Assembly (NCBI GenBank): GCA_028693815.1
Contig: JAQUUP010000003.1
Coordinates: 65,850-129,849, forward strand
Length of the DNA: 64,000 nucleotides
Direction of reading: 5' to 3'
Origin: Candidatus Omnitrophota bacterium
GTDB lineage: Bacteria > Omnitrophota > Gorgyraeia > Zapsychrales > Aceulaceae
Shown here: positions 1 through 9,817 of the stretch, piece by piece
Layout: every line of letters begins with the position of its first letter
Numbering within the stretch: position 1 is the first letter of the stretch
Position numbers and translations under genes: made by a program
Notes under the pieces: generated by a model
What the model saw: the letters and a program-made list of their open reading frames with translations, nothing else
Told to the model about the DNA's origin: nothing
Databases searched by the model: none

Positions 1-1219
1 TATTTAGCGAATCCACCAGCGCCTCACGGACAGATACCGGCCCGCGGTATTTCTTGTCATAATCAAGCGGACGATAGCCGTTATATTGAACAGGTACATC
101 CGCCAAAATCATTCGAGGCGTATACAATCCCTTGTCAAAACCGATCGCGTATGTAAACGGCTTGAGTGCCGAGCCGGGACAGCGCAGACTTAATGCCCCA
201 TTGATTTGCCCGGAATTCTCATCAGAGAAAAAATCAACAGAACCTGCCATCGCACGTATTTTCCCCGTTTTATTTTCAATGATCACCACCGCGCCATTGG
301 ACACACCGCTTGATTCCAAACGGACAACCATGTCTTTAATCGCGGTCTCGGCAAAATGCTGAAGATCGGAATCAAGGCTTGTCACAACCGTTTGTTCTTT
401 AGAATTGACTCTGACAAAACGCGTAAAATGCGGAGCCTTAAATGGAAACGCGTAATTACCCGCGACAACAGGATCAGATTTGGCGATCCTGTATTCCTCG
501 TCTGTAATAAACTTATTCTCCAACATGCTCGAAAGAACACGATCACGTCGCTGTTTAGCCCGATCAGGATAACGATCCGGTCTTAGATAAGTGGGGGATT
601 GCGGAAGCCCTGCCAAAAGCGCGCATTCAGACAAACTCAAATCTTGAGGCAATTTCTGAAAATACCGCAAGGACGCGGCTTTGACCCCGTGGATATTCCC
701 GCCATAAGGCGCAAGCTCAAAATAAAACCTTAAGATCTCATCCTTCGTATACAGTCTCTCAAGATGTATCGCGTGAACCGTCTCAATGATCTTATTGAGG
801 AAACTCCGTTTCCTTCCTTCCAAAATTCTGATCACCTGCATGCTTAACGTCGATGCCCCGGAAATCACCCGCTGATTCGCCACATTCAGCTTAACCGCCC
901 GCAAGACCGCCTGAACATCCACACCAAAATGCTCGTAAAACCGCTTATCCTCAATGGCGATCGTGGCATTGACAAAATTCGGGTTTACCTCATCAAGATC
1001 TACCGGCAAAAGCCATCTATCTCCTTCACCGAGAAAAGCCCTTAACAAATTCCCTTCCCTGTCGAGAATCGTGCGCGAATAGCCAATCTTCTCGATTGCG
1101 GTATACGGAAACGGCACAAACTTTAAAATAGCAACATATCCCGCCACAGACAGCACACACGCCGTCACTGTCAAGACACACAAACCATTGAATAATTTTT
1201 TAAGGTTGATTCTTTTCAT
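1..1219 (-). CDS. pbpC: Penicillin-binding protein 1C (PbpC). Start ATG at 1219-1217; the 3' end runs off the window (406 codons present). The ORF caller missed it because it has no in-window stop.
   Basis: Manual minus-strand translation gives MKRINLKK... It carries GT51 transglycosylase motifs EDKRFYEHFGVD, GASTLSMQ and RKxxE. A transpeptidase region follows (GALSLRCPGSALKPF). The start overlaps the alpha-2-macroglobulin stop, as in the conserved a2M-pbpC pairing. Confidence 0.8.
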   Translation of the reverse strand, partial: MKRINLKKLFNGLCVLTVTACVLSVAGYVAILKFVPFPYTAIEKIGYSRTILDREGNLLRAFLGEGDRWLLPVDLDEVNPNFVNATIAIEDKRFYEHFGVDVQAVLRAVKLNVANQRVISGASTLSMQVIRILEGRKRSFLNKIIETVHAIHLERLYTKDEILRFYFELAPYGGNIHGVKAASLRYFQKLPQDLSLSECALLAGLPQSPTYLRPDRYPDRAKQRRDRVLSSMLENKFITDEEYRIAKSDPVVAGNYAFPFKAPHFTRFVRVNSKEQTVVTSLDSDLQHFAETAIKDMVVRLESSGVSNGAVVIIENKTGKIRAMAGSVDFFSDENSGQINGALSLRCPGSALKPFTYAIGFDKGLYTPRMILADVPVQYNGYRPLDYDKKYRGPVSVREALVDSLN

Positions 1220-1220
1220 C

Positions 1221-4200
1221 TTAATGAATAATCACACGCCCTTGCCCGCTGACGCTTTTAATACTCGGGTCATACATACACTCAGCGCTGACAGGCGGTA
1301 AAATAAAATTGCCTTGTGTCACGGCGCGGGCAACATACCTATAAGTAAACTTATTCTCTGAAGGCATGTCCGTAAAAATAAGGAACCTGTCATCCCGGAT
1401 ATCAATGTGATCCGGCAAGAAGTCTTTCTCCGACGATAAACCTGAACCGTCTCGTGTTTCAATCCTCGGATTTTCAATCTCAAAACCCGCCGGAAGCATA
1501 TCAGTAATCACAACATTTTCATAATTCAAATCAGTCTCAACGGACAATTCAACAACAACTGTCTCGCCCTGCGTAATGTCATTCTTGTTGATTTGATTCC
1601 CGTTTCTGTCTAAAAACTTTCTTCTTACGCGCAATCCTGAATCAGCTTCTTCAACTTTCTGTTCAAGTGAAACACCAGACGAATTCCAGTAATAATAAAC
1701 ATTCCCTCGACCCTGGACGGATAAAAAGACATCCTGACCGCCCAAATCCTTATCCTTGATCAACGCCGGGCTGGAATTGTCAAAGCCCGCGATCATTTGA
1801 TCCCCCAACATCACACTGCCTGAATATTCTTTATCCTGTGACTCGATATATCGGGCATATTTGCCCAACGCCAAAAGAGCAACCGCGTTATCCTGCGTTG
1901 TACCCCAGCGCCCTTCGTCCATCGATGATTCCACCCGTTTGACCAATATCGGCACCATTTCATTATCAGGATCAACATCCATATACGCTGATAAGGCAAT
2001 CGCGTTTTGTTTTGTGTAGGAATTAAGCGAACCGCCCGTTTCTCTTTGAACTTTTTCCTCCGGATAACTCTTGCCCAGCATTTGAGAAACGCTCTTGTCA
2101 TCTCCCAAATAAGCCAAGGCTATCGCCAGATGATACCGCGCGTAAACCGGCAGGCTTTCTTCTTTCTCCTGCAAACGTCTGATCCATGACGATTTCACCC
2201 GACCGGCTTTCGCCAAAACAGCCGCGGCATAGGCTTTTAAATCCAGCGAATAATCTTCTTCTTTGCCTGAAAGAACCTTTTCCAAATAATCTAACGCCAC
2301 ATCTTTCTCAAACTTCGGCACAACATAGCCCGCCTTGTCCGCCTCAACAAGAAAATCGGTCGCGTAAACACTGCCGTATGGATACGCGTCTTTATACCCA
2401 GGCCAGTAAGAGAACCCACCGGAATACGTCTGCATGGACAATATTCTCTTAATCCCTGCCTGAATATAATTGTCCGCGCCGCGCCCGCTCCATGACTTGG
2501 ATTCCACAAACTTGGCAACATCTTTTAAATACAATAACGGAAATACGGTTGATGTCGTCTGCTCGATACAGCCATAAGGATATTCCATCAAAAATGTCAA
2601 TCCCCCTGCAAGCTTGATGCCCGGCAAAGGCACAACTGATAACGCGTAACCCGCAGTACCTTTAAGCCACCCATCAGGCATCCTTAGCGTCTCATCAGCC
2701 GGAGCCTTGATCATGCCCGCCCCGCTTATGCTGGTAAACGGCGCCATGGGCCTAACCGGAATTTCAACCTCTTGAAAAGTATCATGCCCGTTTAATGAGG
2801 CACTGATTTTGATGTGTGCTTTTCCGGGGAGCAAAGGCGCCTTTAACTCAAATCGCGCAAATCCTTCCGTCTTATCTTTAACATCAATATCAAACGCCTT
2901 TTGGCTTATAACCTCAAACCCATCAGATACTTCGATCGTAATACTCGCCTTTCCGTCACTTCCTGACGTGTTAAAGACCGGCACAGGAATCATGAACGTG
3001 TCCCCTGAAGAAAGAAACCTCGGCAAAGTCGGCTTGATCATCACCGGCTCAGCAACTTTAATATCCGCATCAGCGCTTCCAAAATCATTATCACCCGCTG
3101 AAACCACCATCACTTTCAAATTCCCTGAAAATTGAGGGACATCAAACGTTACCGTTGCCTTACCCTGCGCGTCTGTCACAATGCCACTTTTCCATAACGC
3201 AACCGGCTTAACTCTTTTCGCGCTCACAGGATTCATATGTTTTCTGGGATCAAAATCAACGCCCTTACCAGCCGACGGGCTGGAATCCGCGCCGATCTTC
3301 TTTTGATCGATCTCAGGCATCAAAAGCGAATAAAGATCCATGGTCTGAATATCCTGCCTTCTCTTACCAAAGAAAAATTCATACGGATCCGGCGTTTTAA
3401 AACCGGTCAAACGCAATACCCCTTCATCCACAAGCGCGACAGACACCTCGGACGATTGCGGCATTCCGTCTTTATTCTTAACCTCAAGGGCGATATCCAC
3501 ACTCTTTCTTGGCAACATGCTTTGGGGAGCCTTAACCTGAACATCTAATTGATGCGCTGAATTATCCATCATCAAAGGAATAATTCCATACGCCCTGTGC
3601 GCCGACCATTTCTCTCCCGGAATAACAGGTTTGATCACGGTCACAGAAACGTACGCGTTTGGCGCAAGCTCATCTGTAACAGCAATCGGAATTTCCTGCG
3701 TTTCATTTTCAAGCGCAACAACTTGTGTTGAAAGCACTTCATCCTTTGAAATCGTAATCAACGCCTTTCCTTTAAACGGCGACTTGATCATCAACCGTGC
3801 TTCCTCACCAGACGTGTACGATTTCTTATCCAGCTCCAAATCAATCCGATCCGGCCGCTCCATCGCCCATGGCTGATACCCCCATCCCGAGACATGAAAT
3901 TTTAAGCTCGCCGTATGCGCGTTATCACCTTTTCCTTTGAGCCTGACGATATAACTGCCGTAAGAATCCGCTTTATAACTGAATGTTCCTTGCGAGGTCT
4001 CGGTCTTAATCACCTCATCGTAAACACATTCCTCTTTTTCATCAGAAACATAACGATACCGCCCGTCCTGATCTTTCTTCAAAACCGTATTCCAAATGAT
4101 CTTGCAAACCTCAACCTCAAGCTCATCAACAACCATTGCCGCGCCATCCGAAGAAAGCACAACATAATCAAACCCGACATCCTCACCTTCTTGAGCATAT

Positions 4201-6089
4201 CCTTCGTTGGTCTTGCGGATACCGACATAATAGGGATACGCGTCAACATCAACCTTGGAATAAGATGTGACAGCCCGCCCGCCAAGCTCTTTGACGGTGG
4301 TGACAAAAACCGCGTTCAATGCCGATGGCGGACGAATATCTTCAGCGATCTTGACATCAAATTCAGCCTCACCCGCTTCATTGGTATCTTTAAACCCGTG
4401 CGAAACCGTCTTTTTCATAAACTCAACTGTCTCATCAGAGAATCTAAAGTCAGAAAACTTCTTCACCTCAAAATCAACAGGCTTTAAGACATATTTAAGC
4501 TCAACTAACCGTCCAGCGGCCGGTGCCCCGAAAAGATGTTCAGCCTTTACTTTGACAGGAATCATCTCGCCCGTTTTGACCCGCGCTTGTGGCACAACAG
4601 CCTCAACCTTCATCCGGTCAGGAACAAATTCCTCCACATTAAACGAATAATTACCTATTGCCTTTTCAGACCCGGGCAGTTTAACGCTCACCTGATACCC
4701 ACCTGTAAGCGCGTAATCAGGAAGCGAAATATCCACATCAGCCGCGCCGAACGATGACAGCATGGCGGTTACCTTGTCAAAGCGCATACCGTCAGGCTTT
4801 TTAATATCAAACACAACCGGAAAAGACCCCGGCACCTCAACGCCAATACCTCTTATGATCGCGCGCAGACGCGCAACCTCACCGGGCCTGTAAACGCCCC
4901 TGTCCGAATAAACAAACCCTTCGTAACCCGCGCTTAAATATGGACGTCCTTCAATATCAAAGACCGTTTCAGACAGCGCGCATTTCTCCGCCTCAATAAA
5001 GGAGAGATCAAAATCTGTTGAGGCAGTGATAACAAACGGCTTCCTGTCTCCTGCCCAATCCACATCTTTGAAATAAACAAACCCCTGTTCGTCACTCGTC
5101 CCTTCCAAAATCTGCTGATTCGTTTGAGAAAAAACTTTCACGATCGCGCCAGCAACAGGCTCTGTGGAAGAAAGCGTATTAAGCCAGACAACAAGCCCGG
5201 ATTCAGACTTCTTGGCCAATATCCCGATATCTGTTGTTAAAAGCAGTTTGGTGTCGCTTTTGTAAGATGATTCATCGGCATCGGATACCTTCATAAAAAA
5301 CAAACCGTGGGAATCATTGGAGAGAATTTCTTTCAGATCAACAAGAACCTGCTTTTGTGTGTTTAACTCAGTCCCTGTTTTAATCTCTTTTTTAAAAACA
5401 TCAACACCCAAATCGTCGGGAATGGAATAAGAGCTCATATTATTGAGAAGATAGACAATATTGTTGTCATACACCCTGTGTATTTTCACGTCGAGCGCGT
5501 CAACATTCATGACATTAACAGGAACAAGCTGATTTCCCTCAAGAGATAAATACATCCCCGCGGATTCAAAATCCACATCCGCGCTGTAATCCGGCATAAC
5601 AACCTCAGCCTTAAAAGTTTCTTCAAGCGCCTTGCCTTCTGCTGAAGGCATTCCCTTTAATACTTCAACCTGATAAACCTCGCCCGGCTTAAAATCACCC
5701 TTCACCTCAACGCCATAATATGTTGTTTCAATATAAGAATTCACTTCAGGTGTGATCGCGATATAGCCTTTGATATCATCTAAATTGACATCATCGGAAA
5801 GCCTGATGCCGATTTCTCCGTTAGATCCACTCATGTATGGCTTAACAGATTTGACTTCAAAGCCTCTTTCCTCATATACCCTTCGGGGGCCGGTCACCGA
5901 GGGCTTGGAATCCTTGGCCTGCCAGAGAAAGCCTCTGACCGTTTTGTTGATGGTGTGCCAAATGCCGGGCTTTTCTTGAAGCCCCTGCTTCCCGTCTATT
6001 AGCGATATGATCTTCAGCAATCCCGCAATGTTGATGATTAAAAAGACTGCCGTAATCCAAAACCATTTTTTCTTGAATATCGCTAACAT
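1221..6089 (-). CDS. Bacterial alpha-2-macroglobulin family protein, thioester-containing, 1622 aa, with an N-terminal signal anchor.
   Basis: It has the thioester motif GCIEQ (YPYGCIEQTTSTVF). It is very long and beta-rich, MG-domain-like. The N-terminal hydrophobic segment is WFWITAVFLIINIAGLL. It lies immediately upstream of pbpC. Confidence 0.85.
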   Translation of the reverse strand: MLAIFKKKWFWITAVFLIINIAGLLKIISLIDGKQGLQEKPGIWHTINKTVRGFLWQAKDSKPSVTGPRRVYEERGFEVKSVKPYMSGSNGEIGIRLSDDVNLDDIKGYIAITPEVNSYIETTYYGVEVKGDFKPGEVYQVEVLKGMPSAEGKALEETFKAEVVMPDYSADVDFESAGMYLSLEGNQLVPVNVMNVDALDVKIHRVYDNNIVYLLNNMSSYSIPDDLGVDVFKKEIKTGTELNTQKQVLVDLKEILSNDSHGLFFMKVSDADESSYKSDTKLLLTTDIGILAKKSESGLVVWLNTLSSTEPVAGAIVKVFSQTNQQILEGTSDEQGFVYFKDVDWAGDRKPFVITASTDFDLSFIEAEKCALSETVFDIEGRPYLSAGYEGFVYSDRGVYRPGEVARLRAIIRGIGVEVPGSFPVVFDIKKPDGMRFDKVTAMLSSFGAADVDISLPDYALTGGYQVSVKLPGSEKAIGNYSFNVEEFVPDRMKVEAVVPQARVKTGEMIPVKVKAEHLFGAPAAGRLVELKYVLKPVDFEVKKFSDFRFSDETVEFMKKTVSHGFKDTNEAGEAEFDVKIAEDIRPPSALNAVFVTTVKELGGRAVTSYSKVDVDAYPYYVGIRKTNEGYAQEGEDVGFDYVVLSSDGAAMVVDELEVEVCKIIWNTVLKKDQDGRYRYVSDEKEECVYDEVIKTETSQGTFSYKADSYGSYIVRLKGKGDNAHTASLKFHVSGWGYQPWAMERPDRIDLELDKKSYTSGEEARLMIKSPFKGKALITISKDEVLSTQVVALENETQEIPIAVTDELAPNAYVSVTVIKPVIPGEKWSAHRAYGIIPLMMDNSAHQLDVQVKAPQSMLPRKSVDIALEVKNKDGMPQSSEVSVALVDEGVLRLTGFKTPDPYEFFFGKRRQDIQTMDLYSLLMPEIDQKKIGADSSPSAGKGVDFDPRKHMNPVSAKRVKPVALWKSGIVTDAQGKATVTFDVPQFSGNLKVMVVSAGDNDFGSADADIKVAEPVMIKPTLPRFLSSGDTFMIPVPVFNTSGSDGKASITIEVSDGFEVISQKAFDIDVKDKTEGFARFELKAPLLPGKAHIKISASLNGHDTFQEVEIPVRPMAPFTSISGAGMIKAPADETLRMPDGWLKGTAGYALSVVPLPGIKLAGGLTFLMEYPYGCIEQTTSTVFPLLYLKDVAKFVESKSWSGRGADNYIQAGIKRILSMQTYSGGFSYWPGYKDAYPYGSVYATDFLVEADKAGYVVPKFEKDVALDYLEKVLSGKEEDYSLDLKAYAAAVLAKAGRVKSSWIRRLQEKEESLPVYARYHLAIALAYLGDDKSVSQMLGKSYPEEKVQRETGGSLNSYTKQNAIALSAYMDVDPDNEMVPILVKRVESSMDEGRWGTTQDNAVALLALGKYARYIESQDKEYSGSVMLGDQMIAGFDNSSPALIKDKDLGGQDVFLSVQGRGNVYYYWNSSGVSLEQKVEEADSGLRVRRKFLDRNGNQINKNDITQGETVVVELSVETDLNYENVVITDMLPAGFEIENPRIETRDGSGLSSEKDFLPDHIDIRDDRFLIFTDMPSENKFTYRYVARAVTQGNFILPPVSAECMYDPSIKSVSGQGRVIIH

Positions 6090-6275
6090 TTATTCCCCCT
6101 TATGTTCTGTAAAAAATTCTCCATAAAATAAAAAATCCCTCGCAGGCTACGCCCACGAAGGTTTTACTTTTTTAACGTCCGGGTTCCCCCTTCAACTCGG
6201 GACAAAATTATGATGTGTATTTATTATACACCCGTTGTCAAGTATGCCTTAATGTGAGAAGTTTTCCTGCCATTC

Positions 6276-6773
6276 CTATTTTAAAATTTCCCATTGATCA
6301 CGATATTGATCCATCCAGTCCGATGGTATTGACGGCGAATCTGAATAAACCGGCTTAATACGCCGCATCTTCGTATCATTGCGCTTTTGCCCTCTCCGCC
6401 CGGGACTGGTTTTCCAATCCTTATGTGATTGCTTCAGAATATTAGCCACCTTTTTTGAAGGAAGAATATATGTTGTCGGCTGATTCTCATCATTCCACAC
6501 TTCCGGCAAGGTCACAAAAATATAATACAAATTATCATTTATCAGAGACTCATGCTTTTCATTCATCATCCAGCCTTTATCGGCAGAACGACCTTCCGTA
6601 CGGGTCTTAACCTGTATCTGAAGGTTTCTTTTGCCATCCTCACTCATCGCAATAATATCAACGGCCCTGGTATTCTCTGGCGCCAGACCGACAATAAACC
6701 CTAAAGCTGTAAGCCGTGCGACAACATAATGCTCACCGACTGATCTCACTTGTGCTTGAAGTAATTTACTCAT
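6276..6773 (-). CDS. Small hypothetical protein, paralog A of a tandem pair, with a putative PD-(D/E)xK nuclease-like core.
   Basis: The start ATG (MSKLLQ) overlaps the stop of the upstream paralog (ATGA overlap). Its E...VDIIA...IQVK pattern aligns with EYYV...VDIVL...IDVK in paralog B. Both proteins end in W(E/D)(I/L)LK. Confidence 0.5.
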   Translation of the reverse strand: MSKLLQAQVRSVGEHYVVARLTALGFIVGLAPENTRAVDIIAMSEDGKRNLQIQVKTRTEGRSADKGWMMNEKHESLINDNLYYIFVTLPEVWNDENQPTTYILPSKKVANILKQSHKDWKTSPGRRGQKRNDTKMRRIKPVYSDSPSIPSDWMDQYRDQWEILK

Positions 6774-7195
6774 TTCAACAAATCCCAATTATCCTTGAAA
6801 CCAATCCCTTTGGTGAGTATCCCCCATTCTCCGCCACGATTAATCATCTTTCTATTGCCCTTTGGATTCTTATACAACAACTCTGTAACTTCAGTCGATG
6901 GAACAATCCAACACTCCGGTAAAATATCATGAGCAGTGATATTATTTAAAAATGAAACTAAGACAACAAAATGCGATTCTTTCACTTTAGAAAAGTTATC
7001 CATGGGCCAAGCTATTTTTCCAGCAAGCCCCTTCACATCTATTGTCAGAAGCGTTCCATCTTCTTTTTCAAGAACAATATCAACCGACTTCTTATTGCCC
7101 AATGTTAAATGCGCGTCAAAACCCTTGCGATAAAGCATAGACAAAACATAATATTCAGCTGCTAAATTGGTATTATATGGTTTATGTTTCATCAT
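6770..7195 (-). CDS. Small hypothetical protein, paralog B of the tandem pair, with a putative PD-(D/E)xK-like core.
   Basis: The likely start MMKHKP lies 4 nt after the stop of the 4-TM gene, with a GGAG sequence upstream. It aligns with paralog A over about 110 aa. Confidence 0.5.
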   Translation of the reverse strand: MMKHKPYNTNLAAEYYVLSMLYRKGFDAHLTLGNKKSVDIVLEKEDGTLLTIDVKGLAGKIAWPMDNFSKVKESHFVVLVSFLNNITAHDILPECWIVPSTEVTELLYKNPKGNRKMINRGGEWGILTKGIGFKDNWDLLK

Positions 7196-7199
7196 TATA

Positions 7200-7649
7200 C
7201 TAACTGTAGCTCCAGACGATTGAACACACAAGAATAGCTGTCCCCAAACAATACATTGTCCGATAAATCCACTGATTTACCCGCTCTGTCAGCGTTACGC
7301 CTTTGTATGTTTGTATTTCCCAGCCACGAACAAATAATGTTCCCCAAAGCAATAGACAAGCCCCTATAATTTGTTGTGTAATAATCGTGATACTTCCCGC
7401 TTGTCCATATTTACAAAATAATAATTTTCCTGTCAGGGCACCCGATAATCCAAAAACTAAAATTAAACCAAATGAATTCCAAAAAGCGCGATTAACGATA
7501 TACGCATTCGACTCTCGATCTTCATCGGTTGACACGTCATTACGTCTTGCATTATCTTCCTTTTCTTTCTCAACCAGTTTTTTAGGCCAAAAGATCGCTA
7601 ATAAACATAAATACATAGCAAAAAAGAAATTTACTTTGGTCGGCTTCAT
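7200..7649 (-). CDS. Small 4-TM membrane protein, first gene of the three-gene operon.
   Basis: There are four hydrophobic helices. A GGAGGAA RBS sits 5 nt upstream of the ATG (MKPTKVNFFF). The ORF caller's longer start (7673) lacks an RBS. Confidence 0.55.
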   Translation of the reverse strand: MKPTKVNFFFAMYLCLLAIFWPKKLVEKEKEDNARRNDVSTDEDRESNAYIVNRAFWNSFGLILVFGLSGALTGKLLFCKYGQAGSITIITQQIIGACLLLWGTLFVRGWEIQTYKGVTLTERVNQWIYRTMYCLGTAILVCSIVWSYS

Positions 7650-7895
7650 TTCCTCCGCTCCTATTTGCAGCACCCCAAAACACGCTTTAAATCCCAGCGA
7701 TCTTGACTGTCTTTAGTCAAAATCCGTTTAATCCCCTGCCCCTCATATACTTCTTTATCTTATTGATTCTAGTCAATATCGTACAATCATCCTTGGCAAT
7801 ATTACGGAGATGTCACAATCAATCACTCAGGCAATTTCGCATTGATCTCTCTCAAAAATATTTTTAAAGAAAGTTTTCATGTCTTAGTAATTTAC

Positions 7896-9809
7896 TTATC
7901 CCTCTAACATTAATTTTCTTATATTATTTTCCATATTGAATATAGACGCTTCATGTTTGCGTATTAACTCTTTTTCTTTGGCGATTTCCGAAGCAAGAGA
8001 TTCAATGCTAGAAACAATCTCCTTTTGTTTTTCATATGGTAAATAAGGAATTTTGTACGCCTGGAAATTTCGTTTGTTTATTGCTTTCTTCGCTGCTCCT
8101 CGTGCCAAATCTGCAACTATTCGATCTCTTTCTAACACAAAAAAATGATAATAAAATCGCAAATCTATTTTCTCTAAACTATTCTTTTTAGGGATAAGAA
8201 TAAAACAAAGATCGCTGGTTATAAATTTACCCTTCACATAATGAGTTCTACCCAAAGAGCCCGAGGCGCCCATCGCAAATATTAAAGCCTCACAATCGTG
8301 AGTATACGTCTCGTGCGTTTTCCAATCTTCTGACGCAGTAATAAAATTATATTTGCCAGCCTTATTTTTTGAACTTTGCAACTTACCCTTTTCAATATCA
8401 AATAATTGCCCAATGATTTTCAAATCCTTCAAAAACTTTGACTCTGACAAGTTGTATGTTTTTAAATTAAGTGAAAATGTCTTATTCTTTAATACCTCAA
8501 TCTTATTAAAAAATGTTACATTTGACGAACAAGTCGTCAAAGGTTCTCCACTAAATAATGTCGCATGAAAAGCCTTTATAATGCGACCTGCTTCAGGAAA
8601 ATCATTTAGATCAATGGAACTCCTATTCTTACCTAAATCAAAACCATCATGATTAACCTGAAAATGTAAAATCTGATCATTCTTTTCTGCGATATTTTTA
8701 TCAATGAAAAGTATGCTTGTTTTTATAGTGCCGCTATATGGGTTAAAAGTACCTATCGGCAAAGACACAACGGCATAAAGGCCACTATCGATTAACAATT
8801 TTCTTAACCTTGAAAAATCTCTCCCATCATTCTCTAAAATTCCTTCAGGGACAACAATTCCCGCTTTGCCCCTAGGATTGAGGTGTTGCAAAATATAATC
8901 CACAAACAGAGCTTCAGCTTTCTTTGATTGAATACTAAACCGCTTATGCGTACTCACTCCGCCCTTAGGGGTCATAAATGGCGGATTGGCAAGAATAACA
9001 TTAAATTTGTCTCCCCAGCGTTCTTCCTGAGCAAGTGTATTGTAATTATATATTCTAGGATTTTTGAAGTTGTGAAGATATGTGTTTACCTGGGAAATTC
9101 TCACCATTCCTGGGTCAACATCGTATCCTTCAAAGTTATTCATAAGTGCCCGTCGTTCATCAGGCGTTAATGGCTTTTCATTATTTTTGTTACCCTTTTC
9201 ATCGACACCATCATGCTGCTCTAAAATATGTTTATACGCACTTACTAAAAATCCAGCCGTGCCGCAAGCCGGATCAAGGACTTTGTCGTCTTTAGTAGGA
9301 TTAACGACTCTAACAATAAAATCAATAATATGGCGAGGCGTTCTAAACTGCCCGGCATCGCCCTGACTACTCATAATTGAAAGAAGATATTCATACGCAT
9401 TACCCAATTCTTCGGAGTGAGAATAGTCGAAATAGTCGATTTCTTTTAAAAATAGGCCCAATACTTCAGGTGATCGATAAGGCAAAAGCGCAGATTTGAA
9501 AATTCCTCGGAAAAGAGCTGGCAATTGTTTAGCTTCGGAAAATTTAACCAACGCTTCAGAGTAAAGGTTCATTCTTTCCTGATTCCCTAAACGTGAATTC
9601 ATCAGCTTTGTCCACGAATATTGTTCAAGATCACCAACAAAAAATGACGGATCTCCACCTGCCCGAATCGCCAACTGATCCATGTCATCCATAAATTTAT
9701 AAATTAAAGCATTCGTTATCTGGTCAATTTGTGATGTAGGGTTTGGTACAACTCCAACCAGCACTTGGCGAGCCGCGTCAATATGTCGCTTAGTTTCTTG
9801 TGTGAGCAT
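7896..9809 (-). CDS. hsdM: Type I-like N6-adenine DNA methyltransferase fused to a single target-recognition domain (HsdM-S fusion), 637 aa.
   Basis: The N-terminal region looks like an HsdM N-domain. Motif I is VLDPACGTAGFLV and motif IV is NPPF (gamma-class order). The C-terminal ~240 aa has the HsdS-type conserved segment KIPYLPYEKQKEIVSSIESL. The start lies 9 nt after the hsdR stop and has a GGAGAAAA RBS. Confidence 0.8.
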   Translation of the reverse strand: MLTQETKRHIDAARQVLVGVVPNPTSQIDQITNALIYKFMDDMDQLAIRAGGDPSFFVGDLEQYSWTKLMNSRLGNQERMNLYSEALVKFSEAKQLPALFRGIFKSALLPYRSPEVLGLFLKEIDYFDYSHSEELGNAYEYLLSIMSSQGDAGQFRTPRHIIDFIVRVVNPTKDDKVLDPACGTAGFLVSAYKHILEQHDGVDEKGNKNNEKPLTPDERRALMNNFEGYDVDPGMVRISQVNTYLHNFKNPRIYNYNTLAQEERWGDKFNVILANPPFMTPKGGVSTHKRFSIQSKKAEALFVDYILQHLNPRGKAGIVVPEGILENDGRDFSRLRKLLIDSGLYAVVSLPIGTFNPYSGTIKTSILFIDKNIAEKNDQILHFQVNHDGFDLGKNRSSIDLNDFPEAGRIIKAFHATLFSGEPLTTCSSNVTFFNKIEVLKNKTFSLNLKTYNLSESKFLKDLKIIGQLFDIEKGKLQSSKNKAGKYNFITASEDWKTHETYTHDCEALIFAMGASGSLGRTHYVKGKFITSDLCFILIPKKNSLEKIDLRFYYHFFVLERDRIVADLARGAAKKAINKRNFQAYKIPYLPYEKQKEIVSSIESLASEIAKEKELIRKHEASIFNMENNIRKLMLEG

Positions 9810-9817
9810 TTTTCTCC

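Noticed and set aside
132-586. Two plus-strand 76-aa ORFs at the window start.
   Set aside because: They lie antisense inside the clearly conserved minus-strand pbpC coding sequence (GT51 motifs), so they are spurious.
1811-6066. Numerous 60-190-aa ORFs on both strands inside the alpha-2-macroglobulin gene (for example 2007..2189, 3915..4487 and 4267..4650).
   Set aside because: They are embedded in or antisense to a 1622-aa ORF with a thioester motif. They have no RBS and no independent support.
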